From a virus, in the IMG/VR virus record IMGVR_UViG_3300027844_002282: a stretch of DNA of 64,000 bases; one strand, 5' to 3'. Below the pieces are notes generated by a model. It did no database searches, was not told the origin of the DNA, and saw only the letters and a program-made list of their open reading frames with translations. The position numbers and the translations under genes were made by a program. Positions 17,601 through 27,898 of the stretch are shown here, one piece after another; the stretch's first letter is position 1; every line of letters begins with the position of its first letter.

Positions 17601-18620
17601 ATGTACGAGCATTTTAAGGGCAGATTTGCCAACACAAGAATTCTTGTGATTGGAGATCTAATGCTGGACAAATATATTGTTGGAGATGCAGTTCGGCTTT
17701 CTCCAGAGGCTCCAGTTCCGATTGTAATAATAAAATCTGAAAGATCAGTTCCAGGTGGAGCGGCTAACGTTGCAGCAAATCTTGCGACATTAGGATGCAA
17801 AGTTACGGCAATGGGAATTGTTGGATCAGATAACGATGGGACTGAACTATTCAATCTAATGCAAAAAATTGGTATTGAAACGAGCCGATCCTTAATAGCG
17901 TCTGGCTCCGAAGAGTATCGAGAGACAACTGTTAAGACAAGAGTTATTGCCAATGACCATCAAATCGTTAGGTACGATAAAGAAGAAGCGAAAAAAATAT
18001 GCGAAAGGATGGAAACCCTTCTAATAGGCCTTCTCACTGAGGATCTCTCAAAAGGCCTGTACGACGCAATAATAATTGAAGACTATGCGAAGGGCGTAAT
18101 CACTCAAAGAATCGTCACAGAGGTCATTTCTGCTTGTAAAAAGGCTAAAATACCAGTTGCCATTGATCCATGTATAAAAAACAAACTCGAAATGGCTGGG
18201 GTGACCATAATGACCCCAAATAGGCAAGAGGCATTTGAATTGGTTGGGATGCGGGATTATCACGAATGGGAAAACCCATTGGAGGATGAACAACTTGAAC
18301 TTGTGGCGAATTCTATCTTTAGTATTTTTAAGCCCGTCTTATTATTAATAACTCTCGGATCAGACGGGATGCTTTTGGTAGAAGGTAGAGGAGATTTCAA
18401 GCATATTCCCACCAAGGCAATAGAAGTTTTTGATGTATCAGGCGCTGGCGACACCGTAATAGCCTCATTAACAGCCAGTTATGCTGTTTGTGGAGACGCA
18501 GTTGAAGCGTCTTCATTCTCAAATAACGCAGCTGGGGTGGTGGTAGGTAAGCACGGTGCTGCAACAATAACTATTGATGAAATAGAAAGACATCAAAAAG
18601 AAACAGAACTTATAATATAA
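17601..18620 (+). CDS. rfaE1: D-glycero-beta-D-manno-heptose-7-phosphate kinase (HldA / RfaE domain I, PfkB family)
   Basis: VIGDLMLDKY, RLSPEAPVP, GGAANVA, DYAKG, TPN and DVSGAGDT. Confidence 0.93.
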   Translation: MYEHFKGRFANTRILVIGDLMLDKYIVGDAVRLSPEAPVPIVIIKSERSVPGGAANVAANLATLGCKVTAMGIVGSDNDGTELFNLMQKIGIETSRSLIASGSEEYRETTVKTRVIANDHQIVRYDKEEAKKICERMETLLIGLLTEDLSKGLYDAIIIEDYAKGVITQRIVTEVISACKKAKIPVAIDPCIKNKLEMAGVTIMTPNRQEAFELVGMRDYHEWENPLEDEQLELVANSIFSIFKPVLLLITLGSDGMLLVEGRGDFKHIPTKAIEVFDVSGAGDTVIASLTASYAVCGDAVEASSFSNNAAGVVVGKHGAATITIDEIERHQKETELII

Positions 18621-18645
18621 TCTAAACAAAAAGAGGGTTTTTACA

Positions 18646-19002
18646 ATGACAGAAGAAAATATTGATATAGAAGATAGTGAAGCAACCGAGTTGCCACCAG
18701 AGTATTACACATCAGAAGAGTATTTTGACAAAAACTCTGGGAAGCAAATTAAGGTTCTTTCGGAAATCACCCTATTGAGTGGTAATGAGGTGAGTAAAAC
18801 TGGAAAAAAGATCTTGATTGGATCGGCTATGGGGTACAATCAGACAGGGGAGCCGGTTCCTTTTACATTCCCATTCTCAGACGGGACGGATCTAAAAAGC
18901 GCTTTCGAATCCTTTGAAGAGGTAGCCAACGCAGCAATCGAATTGAGTAGAAATGAAGCGGAGAGCCAAATCTTAGTTCCCGGAAAAGACTTTAACGTAT
19001 AA
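18646..19002 (+). CDS. hypothetical protein
   Basis: 118-aa acidic ORF with a GAGGG RBS. Confidence 0.6.
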   Translation: MTEENIDIEDSEATELPPEYYTSEEYFDKNSGKQIKVLSEITLLSGNEVSKTGKKILIGSAMGYNQTGEPVPFTFPFSDGTDLKSAFESFEEVANAAIELSRNEAESQILVPGKDFNV

Positions 19003-19015
19003 ACAGTAGCGAGTC

Positions 19016-19414
19016 ATGAAAATAACATTAGATTTTATAGACGAGAACGAGGTTCCAAATTACCTTTTTGAGCAACATGCGACAGTCGGTAATTTAGAGT
19101 CTGGAAGAGCGTCAATGCCAACGATCAGTGGAGAGTTTTTTGAAGCTCCACTATATGAGGTCACAGATAAGGCATTAATAGCTCTCGGAGAACTGGTTAG
19201 GTCTAAGAGAAACTCTATTAAAGAGGCGGTCCTTGTCATTCAAAGCGCCTCAGTTGAGGATGGAGATGAGGACGACGATGAAGACGTTTTCGTTTTTGAA
19301 GACGAGGGCGAAGAATTCGATGAAGACGATTACGAATTTGAAGACGAAGAAGAAGACGAAGACAATGCCGATCAGCAAACTGGTGGTAAAATAGGGATAG
19401 TTTTTTATAAATAG
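19016..19414 (+). CDS. hypothetical protein with a long Asp/Glu tract
   Basis: about 40-aa D/E-rich C-terminal stretch. Confidence 0.6.
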   Translation: MKITLDFIDENEVPNYLFEQHATVGNLESGRASMPTISGEFFEAPLYEVTDKALIALGELVRSKRNSIKEAVLVIQSASVEDGDEDDDEDVFVFEDEGEEFDEDDYEFEDEEEDEDNADQQTGGKIGIVFYK

Positions 19415-19421
19415 GTGAATT

Positions 19422-19667
19422 ATGATAAAAATTAGCAGACAACTTAAAGCAATAAAGACGAGCGAAAACGAAGAAGACCCTGATGACGGTGAGGGTGTTA
19501 AATTTTCCCCTCAGGATGTTAAGGATTGCGAGATTATTTCACAGGCAGTAGAATCTGCATTGAGAGCGTACATAATTGGTGAAAACAAAAGAGTGAGAGA
19601 AGGGTTTAATGTCAATCTGAACATTAAGGGCTCAAAATCTGGCGAAATTTCTTTATCACTGTCTTAA
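19422..19667 (+). CDS. hypothetical protein
   Basis: AGGTG RBS, 81 aa. Confidence 0.55.
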   Translation: MIKISRQLKAIKTSENEEDPDDGEGVKFSPQDVKDCEIISQAVESALRAYIIGENKRVREGFNVNLNIKGSKSGEISLSLS

Positions 19668-19687
19668 ATCAAACCAAGGAGAGAGCC

Positions 19688-20551
19688 ATGCCGACTAAAA
19701 AGGAAGTCCCAGACATCAAGAAGATGCATGAAGAGATGCTTTACACATCTGTAAGAATAAGAGCCGATCAGGCCGGGGGGTCTGGAACGATATTATTCTC
19801 CAAGCCAGAATCTGCAAAAAAGAAGTTCTCAAAAACATTCGTTTTGACAAATCACCATGTTGTTGAAGATTTAATTTGTGTTTCTGAAGAATGGGACCCA
19901 AAGCTTGGGAGAAAGATTAAAAAAGAAAATAGGTCCATTGCCCAGGTTGAGTTGTTCAAGTACAACGATCTATCAAGAAACGTTGGGCAAACGTCTTTAG
20001 ACGCGGATATTGTAGCCTATGACGCTCAATTAGATTTGGCCCTACTTCAAGTTAGAGATACGACAAAAGCCGAACATGTAGCATTAATCATCCCCGAAGG
20101 CAGCACGGAAGATATTCATATTTATGATGAAATAATCGCAATTGGAGCACAGCTTGGCGTCCCACCGATTAGTACTTCTGGAAATGTGGTCTATATGGAT
20201 GCGGATATAAACAATGCCAGATATAATATGGGAACCTACAACTCTATTTATGGATCGTCTGGAGGATCGGTCTTTAGATACAGTTATGAGAGGGCTCAAT
20301 ATGAATTTGTTGGAGTCCCGGCCAGAGTTACGGTTAGACCAATGATGTTTGATGTCGAAACGATCACTCATATGAGCTATTTCATTCCAATCGAGAGTGT
20401 TATGGGATTTCTTGACGAATGGAGTTATGAATTCATCTACGATCAAAGTAAGACCATCGCCGAATGTGACGACAAGAGAGAAGAAAAACAATCGGCTGCA
20501 AGGAAGAATTTGGAAAGAATGTACGGAATGATAGAACCAGAAGGTGAATAA
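19688..20551 (+). CDS. trypsin-like serine protease
   Basis: GSGT, LTNHHVV (His), DLALL (Asp) and GSSGG (Ser). Confidence 0.85.
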   Translation: MPTKKEVPDIKKMHEEMLYTSVRIRADQAGGSGTILFSKPESAKKKFSKTFVLTNHHVVEDLICVSEEWDPKLGRKIKKENRSIAQVELFKYNDLSRNVGQTSLDADIVAYDAQLDLALLQVRDTTKAEHVALIIPEGSTEDIHIYDEIIAIGAQLGVPPISTSGNVVYMDADINNARYNMGTYNSIYGSSGGSVFRYSYERAQYEFVGVPARVTVRPMMFDVETITHMSYFIPIESVMGFLDEWSYEFIYDQSKTIAECDDKREEKQSAARKNLERMYGMIEPEGE

Positions 20552-20758
20552 CTCTCACTGAAGGGTATTACGTGGATCATTATAAAAAATTAGTAAGCGT
20601 AGGGGAAAATGACGACAATGGTGGGAAATGCACATATGACGGGCTAAAAACTTTAGCAAACGACCAAGACGACTTGCATTTCGAATTAGGCACGTTATAT
20701 ATAAGGGAACACTGCGATCCCGAATTTGAAAAACAACTAAGAGAGCAAATAAAATACT

Positions 20759-21385
20759 ATGAATGAATCATTGAATGACGGGCAGAAAATTGCTGACCCA
20801 CCTGAATTTTCTATCATAACGTTTCAACAAACCCCTAAAGTGACTCATTTAGACCCCGCCGACACACCCGATTGGATCAAGGGGAACTACGACCTTGTTG
20901 ACCGCTTTGTAAAGTTCTCGAACTCCATAGAAAACGCCCTTGGATTAGCAGCCAACCAAGTTGCCAGAAAAGGCAAGAGATTGGATTGTCCATTTTTCAT
21001 CTGGAGAAACGAGATGAATGCGACATGCCCTATCAATATTGCGATCAACCCTACCATAAACGAAAAATTTGGGAATCCAGTCAGTGAGATAGAGGGCTGT
21101 CTTAGTTGGCCAGGATTTAGAGTTCACGCCCAAAGACATCTCAGGGTAAATGTGTCATACTGGAATTTGAACGGGGACCACATAGAAAATCAAGACTTGG
21201 GAAGATTCCCATCACAAGTCTGGCAACATGAGATGGACCATCTTCTTGGTGTCGAAGAGATAATCAAGCAAGCAAAAGAAGCATTCGTTAGAGTTGAAAA
21301 GAAAGTCCAAAGAAATGACCCATGCCCCTGCGGCAAGGCGATAGATGGAAAACCGAAAAAGTATAAAAAATGCTGTGGTAGATAA
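20759..21385 (+). CDS. def: peptide deformylase with a C-terminal SEC-C motif
   Basis: GLAANQV, EGCLS and QHEMDH; RNDPCPCG...KYKKCCG. Confidence 0.92.
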   Translation: MNESLNDGQKIADPPEFSIITFQQTPKVTHLDPADTPDWIKGNYDLVDRFVKFSNSIENALGLAANQVARKGKRLDCPFFIWRNEMNATCPINIAINPTINEKFGNPVSEIEGCLSWPGFRVHAQRHLRVNVSYWNLNGDHIENQDLGRFPSQVWQHEMDHLLGVEEIIKQAKEAFVRVEKKVQRNDPCPCGKAIDGKPKKYKKCCGR

Positions 21386-21405
21386 CACAAATCAAGGAGT
21401 GCAGA

Positions 21406-22011
21406 TTGAATAAATTTCCAGAAATTCAAGAATGGGGTGATATGGCGATAACCGAAAAGGAGCGCCAAAGAATTACAACCCCAAAGTTTTACAACTACTA
21501 CAAAGAGAAGTTCGACTTTTGCACTGACGCGACCCTGCCAGACATTCCCCGAATTGTTGAGATTGGAGTCCGCTACGGATATTCAGCTTTCAGTTTTTTG
21601 AGAGCGCGACCAAACGCTACCTATCTTGGCATTGATATGATCAATGGTGGGCATGGCGGCGCAAAGAATGAAGACACTTTCCCAATTGTCAGAGAAATGC
21701 TCGATAGGAATTTTCCCGATGCAGATATTACATTGATGCATCAGAATACTTTTAAGTTAGATGAAATCCCAGGTGAATTTGACTTTTGCCACGTCGATGG
21801 AAACCACAGAAGAGCGAATTGCTTGCATGATCTTAAGATATGTTTTGAAGCATGTTCATCCGGCGGAACCATTCTCATTGACGATTACACATATATAGAA
21901 AGTGTAAAGTTGGGCGTCAATGATTTTATTGAAGAGTTTGGCCCAAGATTAAAGAATGTTGACATTCGAGAGAGTGGTCTTCGGGGAAATGTAATATTAA
22001 CGAAGGCATAA
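21406..22011 (+). CDS. class I SAM methyltransferase (Methyltransf_24-like)
   Basis: VEIGVRYGYS, HVDGNH and GGTILIDDY. Confidence 0.85.
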   Translation: MNKFPEIQEWGDMAITEKERQRITTPKFYNYYKEKFDFCTDATLPDIPRIVEIGVRYGYSAFSFLRARPNATYLGIDMINGGHGGAKNEDTFPIVREMLDRNFPDADITLMHQNTFKLDEIPGEFDFCHVDGNHRRANCLHDLKICFEACSSGGTILIDDYTYIESVKLGVNDFIEEFGPRLKNVDIRESGLRGNVILTKA

Positions 22012-22012
22012 T

Positions 22013-22699
22013 ATGTCAAAGAATATTTACATCGTGTGGTCATTAAAAAGAAGTGGCGCTCATGGTTTTGAAGAGTGGCTATTCCCGCACTTCTCAAATT
22101 ACGGCTTTGTCAATAATACCAACATAAGACAACCACTTAGCGGTGGCGCGTCCGCTGCCGACAAAGACAATATTATATTTGGCTTTGAAGACATAAAATT
22201 AGATGTCATACCTGGATTTAATAATGGCACCGATGGTATAATAAAACAGAATATCAGTGATTTCGATACCATTACAAATATTTTGTTTATCAGAGATCCA
22301 TATAACTTGTTCGCAAGTCGTCTTAGAAAAAATCAAGATGATAAAAGAATGTTTATGGATGAGTCCACAGTCCGCTTGTGGAAAGGCTACGCAAAAGAAG
22401 CGATAGGGGAAACCTCTTATTTGAGCAACAAGGTTGTTGTGAATTTTGGTAGGTGGTATACGATAAGAGAATACCGAAATCAAATATCTGAAAAATTAGG
22501 ATTGGAATTCACCGATGAGGGAATAAAAAAAGTTGGAATTAGAGGTAGTTCGTTTGATGGGAAGAAAATAAAGAACTCAAGAAATCTTGGCGTTCTTGAA
22601 AGGTGGACGGAATTCATAGGAAATGAGGAATACAATGATCTTATTAATGATGAAGAGTTAGCGTCTCTTTACAGACAAGTAAATGAAATAGGTATTTAA
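22013..22699 (+). CDS. sulfotransferase-like protein
   Basis: LKRSGAH (5'-PSB-like loop) and IRDPYNLFASR (3'-PB-like motif). Confidence 0.7.
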   Translation: MSKNIYIVWSLKRSGAHGFEEWLFPHFSNYGFVNNTNIRQPLSGGASAADKDNIIFGFEDIKLDVIPGFNNGTDGIIKQNISDFDTITNILFIRDPYNLFASRLRKNQDDKRMFMDESTVRLWKGYAKEAIGETSYLSNKVVVNFGRWYTIREYRNQISEKLGLEFTDEGIKKVGIRGSSFDGKKIKNSRNLGVLERWTEFIGNEEYNDLINDEELASLYRQVNEIGI

Positions 22700-23530
22700 A
22701 TGAAGAAACTACTATATGGATGGTTCGGAGAGTTCGGGTGGGAGATAATGACAGCCATACCCGAAGTAAACGAGCTACAAAAACATTTTGATGTCACCGT
22801 ATTGAGCTTTCCCTCTGTAGAGGGAATGTACTCAGACATGAATGTTAAATTCATATCCCACGGACTTGAAATGAGGGCGAGTGGGCTTGGGAAAGATTTC
22901 AAAAACTGCAACTTCAAAAATGCCGATTTAGAAAAGTACTCTTATGACCAATTGAAAATACATTATCATCCTCAGTCAATCCGAGGAATGGGAAAAAGAC
23001 CCAAGGAAATAAGAACAGATATCCCCAGAACAGTCAACAAGAAATTAATCCTTGTCCACGCCAGAGAGTTCCCCAGAACAAAGACGGGCAGAAACTGGCG
23101 AGACCAATATAACGCTCTTCTCGACTACTTAATTGACCGTGGATTTGAAATAGGATTCATTGGACTCCCCATGCATTCCGCATACGTTAAAGGAAAAGGG
23201 GCGGATTGGCGATCAGACGACATTAATGTCGCCATAACTAAAATAAAACAAGCGGCGCTTGTTCTTGGTCCGTCATCAGGAACCATGGTGTTGTCCCTTT
23301 GGTGTAAGACCCCAATATTTTCATGGAGTTGTGGAGACCAAAGATTGTTCCACGACAGAAAGAAAGGAAAAGCATGGAACCCATTCAAGATTTGTCATTA
23401 TCACCCGTGGTCCAACAGAGAGACACCGGAATTAATGAAACTCTACACCACATCCTCATACAAGCCCCCTCTTGCTGATTTGATAAGAGGGGTCGAGGTG
23501 GCTATTTCTTCAGAAAAGCTTGAATCCTAA
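22700..23530 (+). CDS. GT-B glycosyltransferase (family 9-like)
   Basis: GEFGWE N-terminus, RNW and LVLGPSSG motif. Confidence 0.6.
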   Translation: MKKLLYGWFGEFGWEIMTAIPEVNELQKHFDVTVLSFPSVEGMYSDMNVKFISHGLEMRASGLGKDFKNCNFKNADLEKYSYDQLKIHYHPQSIRGMGKRPKEIRTDIPRTVNKKLILVHAREFPRTKTGRNWRDQYNALLDYLIDRGFEIGFIGLPMHSAYVKGKGADWRSDDINVAITKIKQAALVLGPSSGTMVLSLWCKTPIFSWSCGDQRLFHDRKKGKAWNPFKICHYHPWSNRETPELMKLYTTSSYKPPLADLIRGVEVAISSEKLES

Positions 23531-23583
23531 GAACCCTGTGCTACATTTCCTCATAACTAATCAACAAAGTGCGAGGTTAAGTA

Positions 23584-23979
23584 ATGAGAGTTCTTCTTGG
23601 AGTGTCATCCAGCATATCTGTCTACAAAACCCCAAGCATAGTCAGCGGGCTCAATAGCACTGGCCATGAAGTCAAGGTCGTAATGACCGACAACGCCGCT
23701 TTCTTCGTTGGTAAATTGTGTTTCCAAGCAGAGTGCTTCGATGGTCAGTTTAATAACCCCTTGGAATCTTCCGTCGCCATTAAACACATCGATCTTGCAG
23801 ATTGGGCAGAGATATTTCTTATAGCCCCCGGAACAGCCAACATTATTGTGAAATTTGCAAATTGGATAGCAGACGATTTGTTGTCTACGGTAAACTTGGC
23901 AATGAATAATGATGCTGCTAAAGTCATGTATCCCGCGATGAATCCAAGGATGTTTGAATCATCCAGCGACACAGCGTAA
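23584..23979 (+). CDS. flavoprotein, CoaBC/HFCD decarboxylase-like, apparently frameshifted or truncated
   Basis: VLLGVSSSISVYK, HIDLADWA, APGTAN and PAMNPRM; a CoaB-like fragment (DLVIAND) follows in another frame. Confidence 0.8.
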   Translation: MRVLLGVSSSISVYKTPSIVSGLNSTGHEVKVVMTDNAAFFVGKLCFQAECFDGQFNNPLESSVAIKHIDLADWAEIFLIAPGTANIIVKFANWIADDLLSTVNLAMNNDAAKVMYPAMNPRMFESSSDTA

Positions 23980-24422
23980 TCTTGAAACCTTAGAAAAAGA
24001 TGGCTGGCGCATCAAAGGCACACAATCTGGGACACGAACACGTTCCTTGTTAGCTTAAAGTTTGAAGTCGATGCTGGGAATGAAGGATTGAAAGTGGCGG
24101 TTACAGCATCAAGGAACGCAGCCGATGGGGATCTCGTGATAGCGAATGATAAGTGGGAGATGAACAGAGAAAAAGAACACATTGCATACCTCTACTTCAA
24201 AGACGAGGAAAAGTTCGCTTCAGTGTACCATAAGGTTCACGGAAAAAATAGATAGCCAGAGCAATCGCATCAGCTATATTCCTCAACGAAGAAGAAGAAT
24301 TGAAAATAGTTAGAACTTGGTTGACAACCATACGTTCACATACTATGTTATTGGTGTTTTAGTAAGTAGTAGATAGTGTCAGATTGACACAAGCGGTAAC
24401 AACCAAACGAAAGGGTAACATT

Positions 24423-25304
24423 ATGTCCAAAATCGAAGGTCTCTGCATCGATCCCCAGTGGGATTTCTGCCACCCCGGTATGCCAGGGTATGACCCAACA
24501 AATCCAAACACGTGTGAATTCACAGCGGAAATAGAGAAGCCCGGCGCGCTCTACGTCCCCGGCGCTGAGAAAGGGTGCTACAACATCGCGAACATGATCA
24601 CCAAGAGCAAGAAGAAGTTTGATGGCCTCAGCGTCAGCTTGGACTCCCACAGATCTGTCCATGTTGCACATGCCGACTACTACCGCGACAACGACGGAAA
24701 CATGCCCAACCCATTTGACATCATCACGCTCGACGACTTCACGGGGCCGAATGCCAAATGGAAGACGTACTGTCCGAAGTCCCAAGACTGGATTGAGAAA
24801 AGCTATCTTCCAGGTCTCCGAGATAGGAACAGAAACCCGCTTTGTATTTGGCCAAAGCATTGCATCATCGGAGAAAATGGTTGGCGCGTCTACCCTCCCG
24901 TTTCGAGAGCAATCCGGGAATGGTGCGAAGGCAACTGGTCCGCCATCAACTGGAAGTTGAAGGGGCAGAACACTCGTACTGAGTGGTACTCGGCAGTAGG
25001 GGCTGATTTTGAAGACCCGGCAGACCGCCAGACCTGGATTGACACCGACTTCATTGCAAGATTCGACAAGGCCGATCTCTTCGTCCTCTTCGGATTCGCA
25101 AGAACACACTGCCTCCGTTGGACCTTCTCCGATATCATCAACCACTTCGGGGACAAGTTCCTCAAGAAGACTTTGTTGGTGGAAGACTGCACGGCAGACG
25201 TTCCGATCCCCGAAGTCGTTACCGCGACCGATGAGTTCTTTGCGGAATGCAAGCGAAACGGTATGCAGACCTGCACAGCCGAACAGTTCGTCTCTGACGT
25301 TTAA
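24423..25304 (+). CDS. nicotinamidase / isochorismatase-family cysteine hydrolase (PncA-like)
   Basis: IDPQWDFC, GALYVPGA, SLDSH, WPKHC, KG and GFARTHC; TTGACA promoter-like element near 24321. Confidence 0.85.
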   Translation: MSKIEGLCIDPQWDFCHPGMPGYDPTNPNTCEFTAEIEKPGALYVPGAEKGCYNIANMITKSKKKFDGLSVSLDSHRSVHVAHADYYRDNDGNMPNPFDIITLDDFTGPNAKWKTYCPKSQDWIEKSYLPGLRDRNRNPLCIWPKHCIIGENGWRVYPPVSRAIREWCEGNWSAINWKLKGQNTRTEWYSAVGADFEDPADRQTWIDTDFIARFDKADLFVLFGFARTHCLRWTFSDIINHFGDKFLKKTLLVEDCTADVPIPEVVTATDEFFAECKRNGMQTCTAEQFVSDV

Positions 25305-25627
25305 TCATCAAGTAACCATATAACAAAACGGAGAATTACACATGTCAGATCCAATTAACCCAGATCCAACCCCTTAAAACAAGGGGCTCAAAAGTTGCAA
25401 GCAAGGAATAGTCATCAAATTCTTGGAAAAGATATTCAGACGCCATCATCATTCGTTATTTACTGGTCGCCAGGAATGGGTGGTACGGAACAGGCTTTTG
25501 AGGATTTCCGACGACAAGAAAATTATAGTCATCAACCTTGAAAACCTTCCAGATGGTGTTACAATACTCTCTGTGTTAAGTAAAATACAGGGAGTTATGC
25601 CTAATAACGCACCGAGGTTCTGGAAAA

Positions 25628-26287
25628 ATGGAATACCCACACCCCCCCCACTTGACGTGGTCTCCCAACCGGAAGAGTGACAAGGAAGACAGAATCCTTG
25701 AAACTGAAGATTGTTTCATTGGCAAGGAAGTTGTTTATCTTGAGAAACTCGACGGCGAGAATACCGTTATGTCTCTTGACCGAGTTCACGCAAGATCGGT
25801 AGACAGTCCCAGTACGAAATGGAGAACCCTTGTTTCCACAATGTATGGCATGATCAAGCATTCGATCCCCAGATCCATGTATATTTACGGCGAGAACATG
25901 TATGCTACGCATTCTATCGAGTATGGAGGGTTACCGAGTGCGTTTTTCGTCTTCGCCGTTTTATATGACAAAGAATGGTTTTCCTGGGGAGACACGGTTG
26001 AGGTCGCCAAGCACTTTGGGTTTGACACAGTTCCGACTATTTATAAAAATAGTAAAAAATTGGAGAAGCACCCGATCCCAATCGAATCCGAATTCGGAGG
26101 GGCTTGCGAAGGATACGTTGTCAGAAACAAAGAGGCTTTCTCAAACAAGTTCTTCAGTGATAACATAGCAAAGTGCGTTCGACATGACCATGTCCAAACA
26201 GATGAGATATGGTATAAAAGCTGGACCAAAGCCAACTTCACTGATGATCCCATAGAGAGAGTGTGCAGGATACAAAGTGAAGAATGA
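25628..26287 (+). CDS. RNA ligase family protein
   Basis: YPHPPHL, EKLDGEN (motif I), YGEN, EGYVVR and AKCVR. Confidence 0.85.
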   Translation: MEYPHPPHLTWSPNRKSDKEDRILETEDCFIGKEVVYLEKLDGENTVMSLDRVHARSVDSPSTKWRTLVSTMYGMIKHSIPRSMYIYGENMYATHSIEYGGLPSAFFVFAVLYDKEWFSWGDTVEVAKHFGFDTVPTIYKNSKKLEKHPIPIESEFGGACEGYVVRNKEAFSNKFFSDNIAKCVRHDHVQTDEIWYKSWTKANFTDDPIERVCRIQSEE

Positions 26288-26318
26288 AGAATTATTATAA
26301 ACCACCGGAGTATTAAAC

Positions 26319-27026
26319 GTGAAAAAAAGATTCATTTTGCAATGGACAATGAAAAGGGCGGGATCTCACGCAATAGTTGAATGGATAAAAGGGCACATAA
26401 AACCGGGTCCATTTTGTTTTTTCAATCAAAGGCAGATAAATTGCCTAGTTGGACCCAAGCGGAATCATTTGATATCGGAAGATCATGAAATTTTTATGTT
26501 TAATCTTGAAGACGGGAAGATAGTAGAGAATAAAGTTGTAGATCAAAGAATTAAAGATTTAGGTCTATCAAATCAAATTGAAAAAAGAATAAACATAATA
26601 CTTCTAAGAGACCCATTTAACATTTTCGCGAGCAGAATGAGAGGGTGGAGTTTAAAATTCGCAGAAAACAGCGTTAAATTATGGAAAGAGTACGCGAAAG
26701 AGTTTCTCAGAGAAACTCAAAAGCTTGACAATGTCCTACCATTAAATTTTAACTCATGGTTTTCAAATGAAGATTACAGAAAACAGTTATCTATCGACCT
26801 GGACTTAGAGTTTTCAGACTCTGGAAAAAACAATCTTGGATATTGGGGAAGTTCTTTCGATGGTAAAGAGTATAAATCCAATGCAAATGAGATGGACGTT
26901 ATAAATAGATGGCGAAATTATGTTGACGATGAAAACTATATTAATCTTTTTGACGAAGAAATAATTAGCTTATCAAAAAGGATTTTTAATTTTTGTCCAG
27001 AAGAAATAATAAAACAAATAAAGTAA
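26319..27026 (+). CDS. sulfotransferase-like protein, paralog of 22013..22699
   Basis: MKRAGSH, LRDPFNIFASR, LWKEYAKE and GSSFDG shared with the first copy. Confidence 0.7.
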   Translation: MKKRFILQWTMKRAGSHAIVEWIKGHIKPGPFCFFNQRQINCLVGPKRNHLISEDHEIFMFNLEDGKIVENKVVDQRIKDLGLSNQIEKRINIILLRDPFNIFASRMRGWSLKFAENSVKLWKEYAKEFLRETQKLDNVLPLNFNSWFSNEDYRKQLSIDLDLEFSDSGKNNLGYWGSSFDGKEYKSNANEMDVINRWRNYVDDENYINLFDEEIISLSKRIFNFCPEEIIKQIK

Positions 27027-27038
27027 GAGACTTCTATT

Positions 27039-27308
27039 ATGAGTTGGTATCAAATATCTTCATTTAACAAAAAGGACCTGTCGGACCAGGATTTGATGAA
27101 AATCCTCGACGGTCTCCCTAATGACTTGGGTAAATTAGCTGAAGAAATAGGTCTATCAGAAACTCCAAATAAAGACTCTGAAGAATTCGAAACATGGAGA
27201 GACAGAGCCATGGATTTCGTAAATATGATCTCAGAGACCGAAACAAAAACCGCAAATGATCATGAAACCCCTGAGTACTGGGGCGTTAAGCAAGATCTAT
27301 TGGAGTAA
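27039..27308 (+). CDS. hypothetical protein with a WY leader
   Basis: begins MSWYQIS. Confidence 0.6.
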   Translation: MSWYQISSFNKKDLSDQDLMKILDGLPNDLGKLAEEIGLSETPNKDSEEFETWRDRAMDFVNMISETETKTANDHETPEYWGVKQDLLE

Positions 27309-27840
27309 ACCCCTCCAACATCGTTCTAATATCCTTTGATACGGAAACCATCTCTCTGGCAATCGCCTCGACCTCTTCCAAAAAAGAAAACATGGTTTCG
27401 TCAACATCAAATGGATTTGACCTGCCAGCCTCTCTCTTATTGAATTTTTCAATCCACTTTTTATGATCGCTCGATAGATATTGTAAATATTCAAGACGCT
27501 CCTTCAATGGCTTGACCTTATTAATTCCTTTGGGGATTTTCTTTTGACAATTGGCGCAATATCCTAAAACAAGAAGCATTGATGAAACAATACCGTCCGC
27601 ATCGTCGTCGTTGGTATCCATACTGAATGAATCGCTGGGGCCAATTGTCAATGGATACAAACCATTATTGACTAATCCTATCTTTCTTATTTCATTTATG
27701 TCAACATTGCTTTCGCTTACAAACGTGACACCAGTCTTATAGTCTATACCTTTGACCCCTTCATCATCGATAGAGTTGAAAAACCTTTTTTGCTCTGTCG
27801 GATTATCATAATTTAGAACTGCTACATATCTCATATTCAA
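27286..27840 (-). CDS. hypothetical protein
   Basis: 184-aa ORF with an AAGGTG RBS. Confidence 0.6.
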   Translation of the reverse strand: MNMRYVAVLNYDNPTEQKRFFNSIDDEGVKGIDYKTGVTFVSESNVDINEIRKIGLVNNGLYPLTIGPSDSFSMDTNDDDADGIVSSMLLVLGYCANCQKKIPKGINKVKPLKERLEYLQYLSSDHKKWIEKFNKREAGRSNPFDVDETMFSFLEEVEAIAREMVSVSKDIRTMLEGFTPIDLA

Positions 27841-27898
27841 ACACCTTTGTGTAATTGGTTACTTAACACAGTACAATATATCGGCATTCTGTCATTTT

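Noticed and set aside
8352-23979. Interpretation as a bacterial chromosome LPS/housekeeping region
   Set aside because: prs, cysC, rfaE1, def and the coaBC-like gene are isolated among short unknown ORFs without their usual operon partners, which fits phage auxiliary genes; no hallmark terminase or portal gene is in the window, so phage origin remains an inference.
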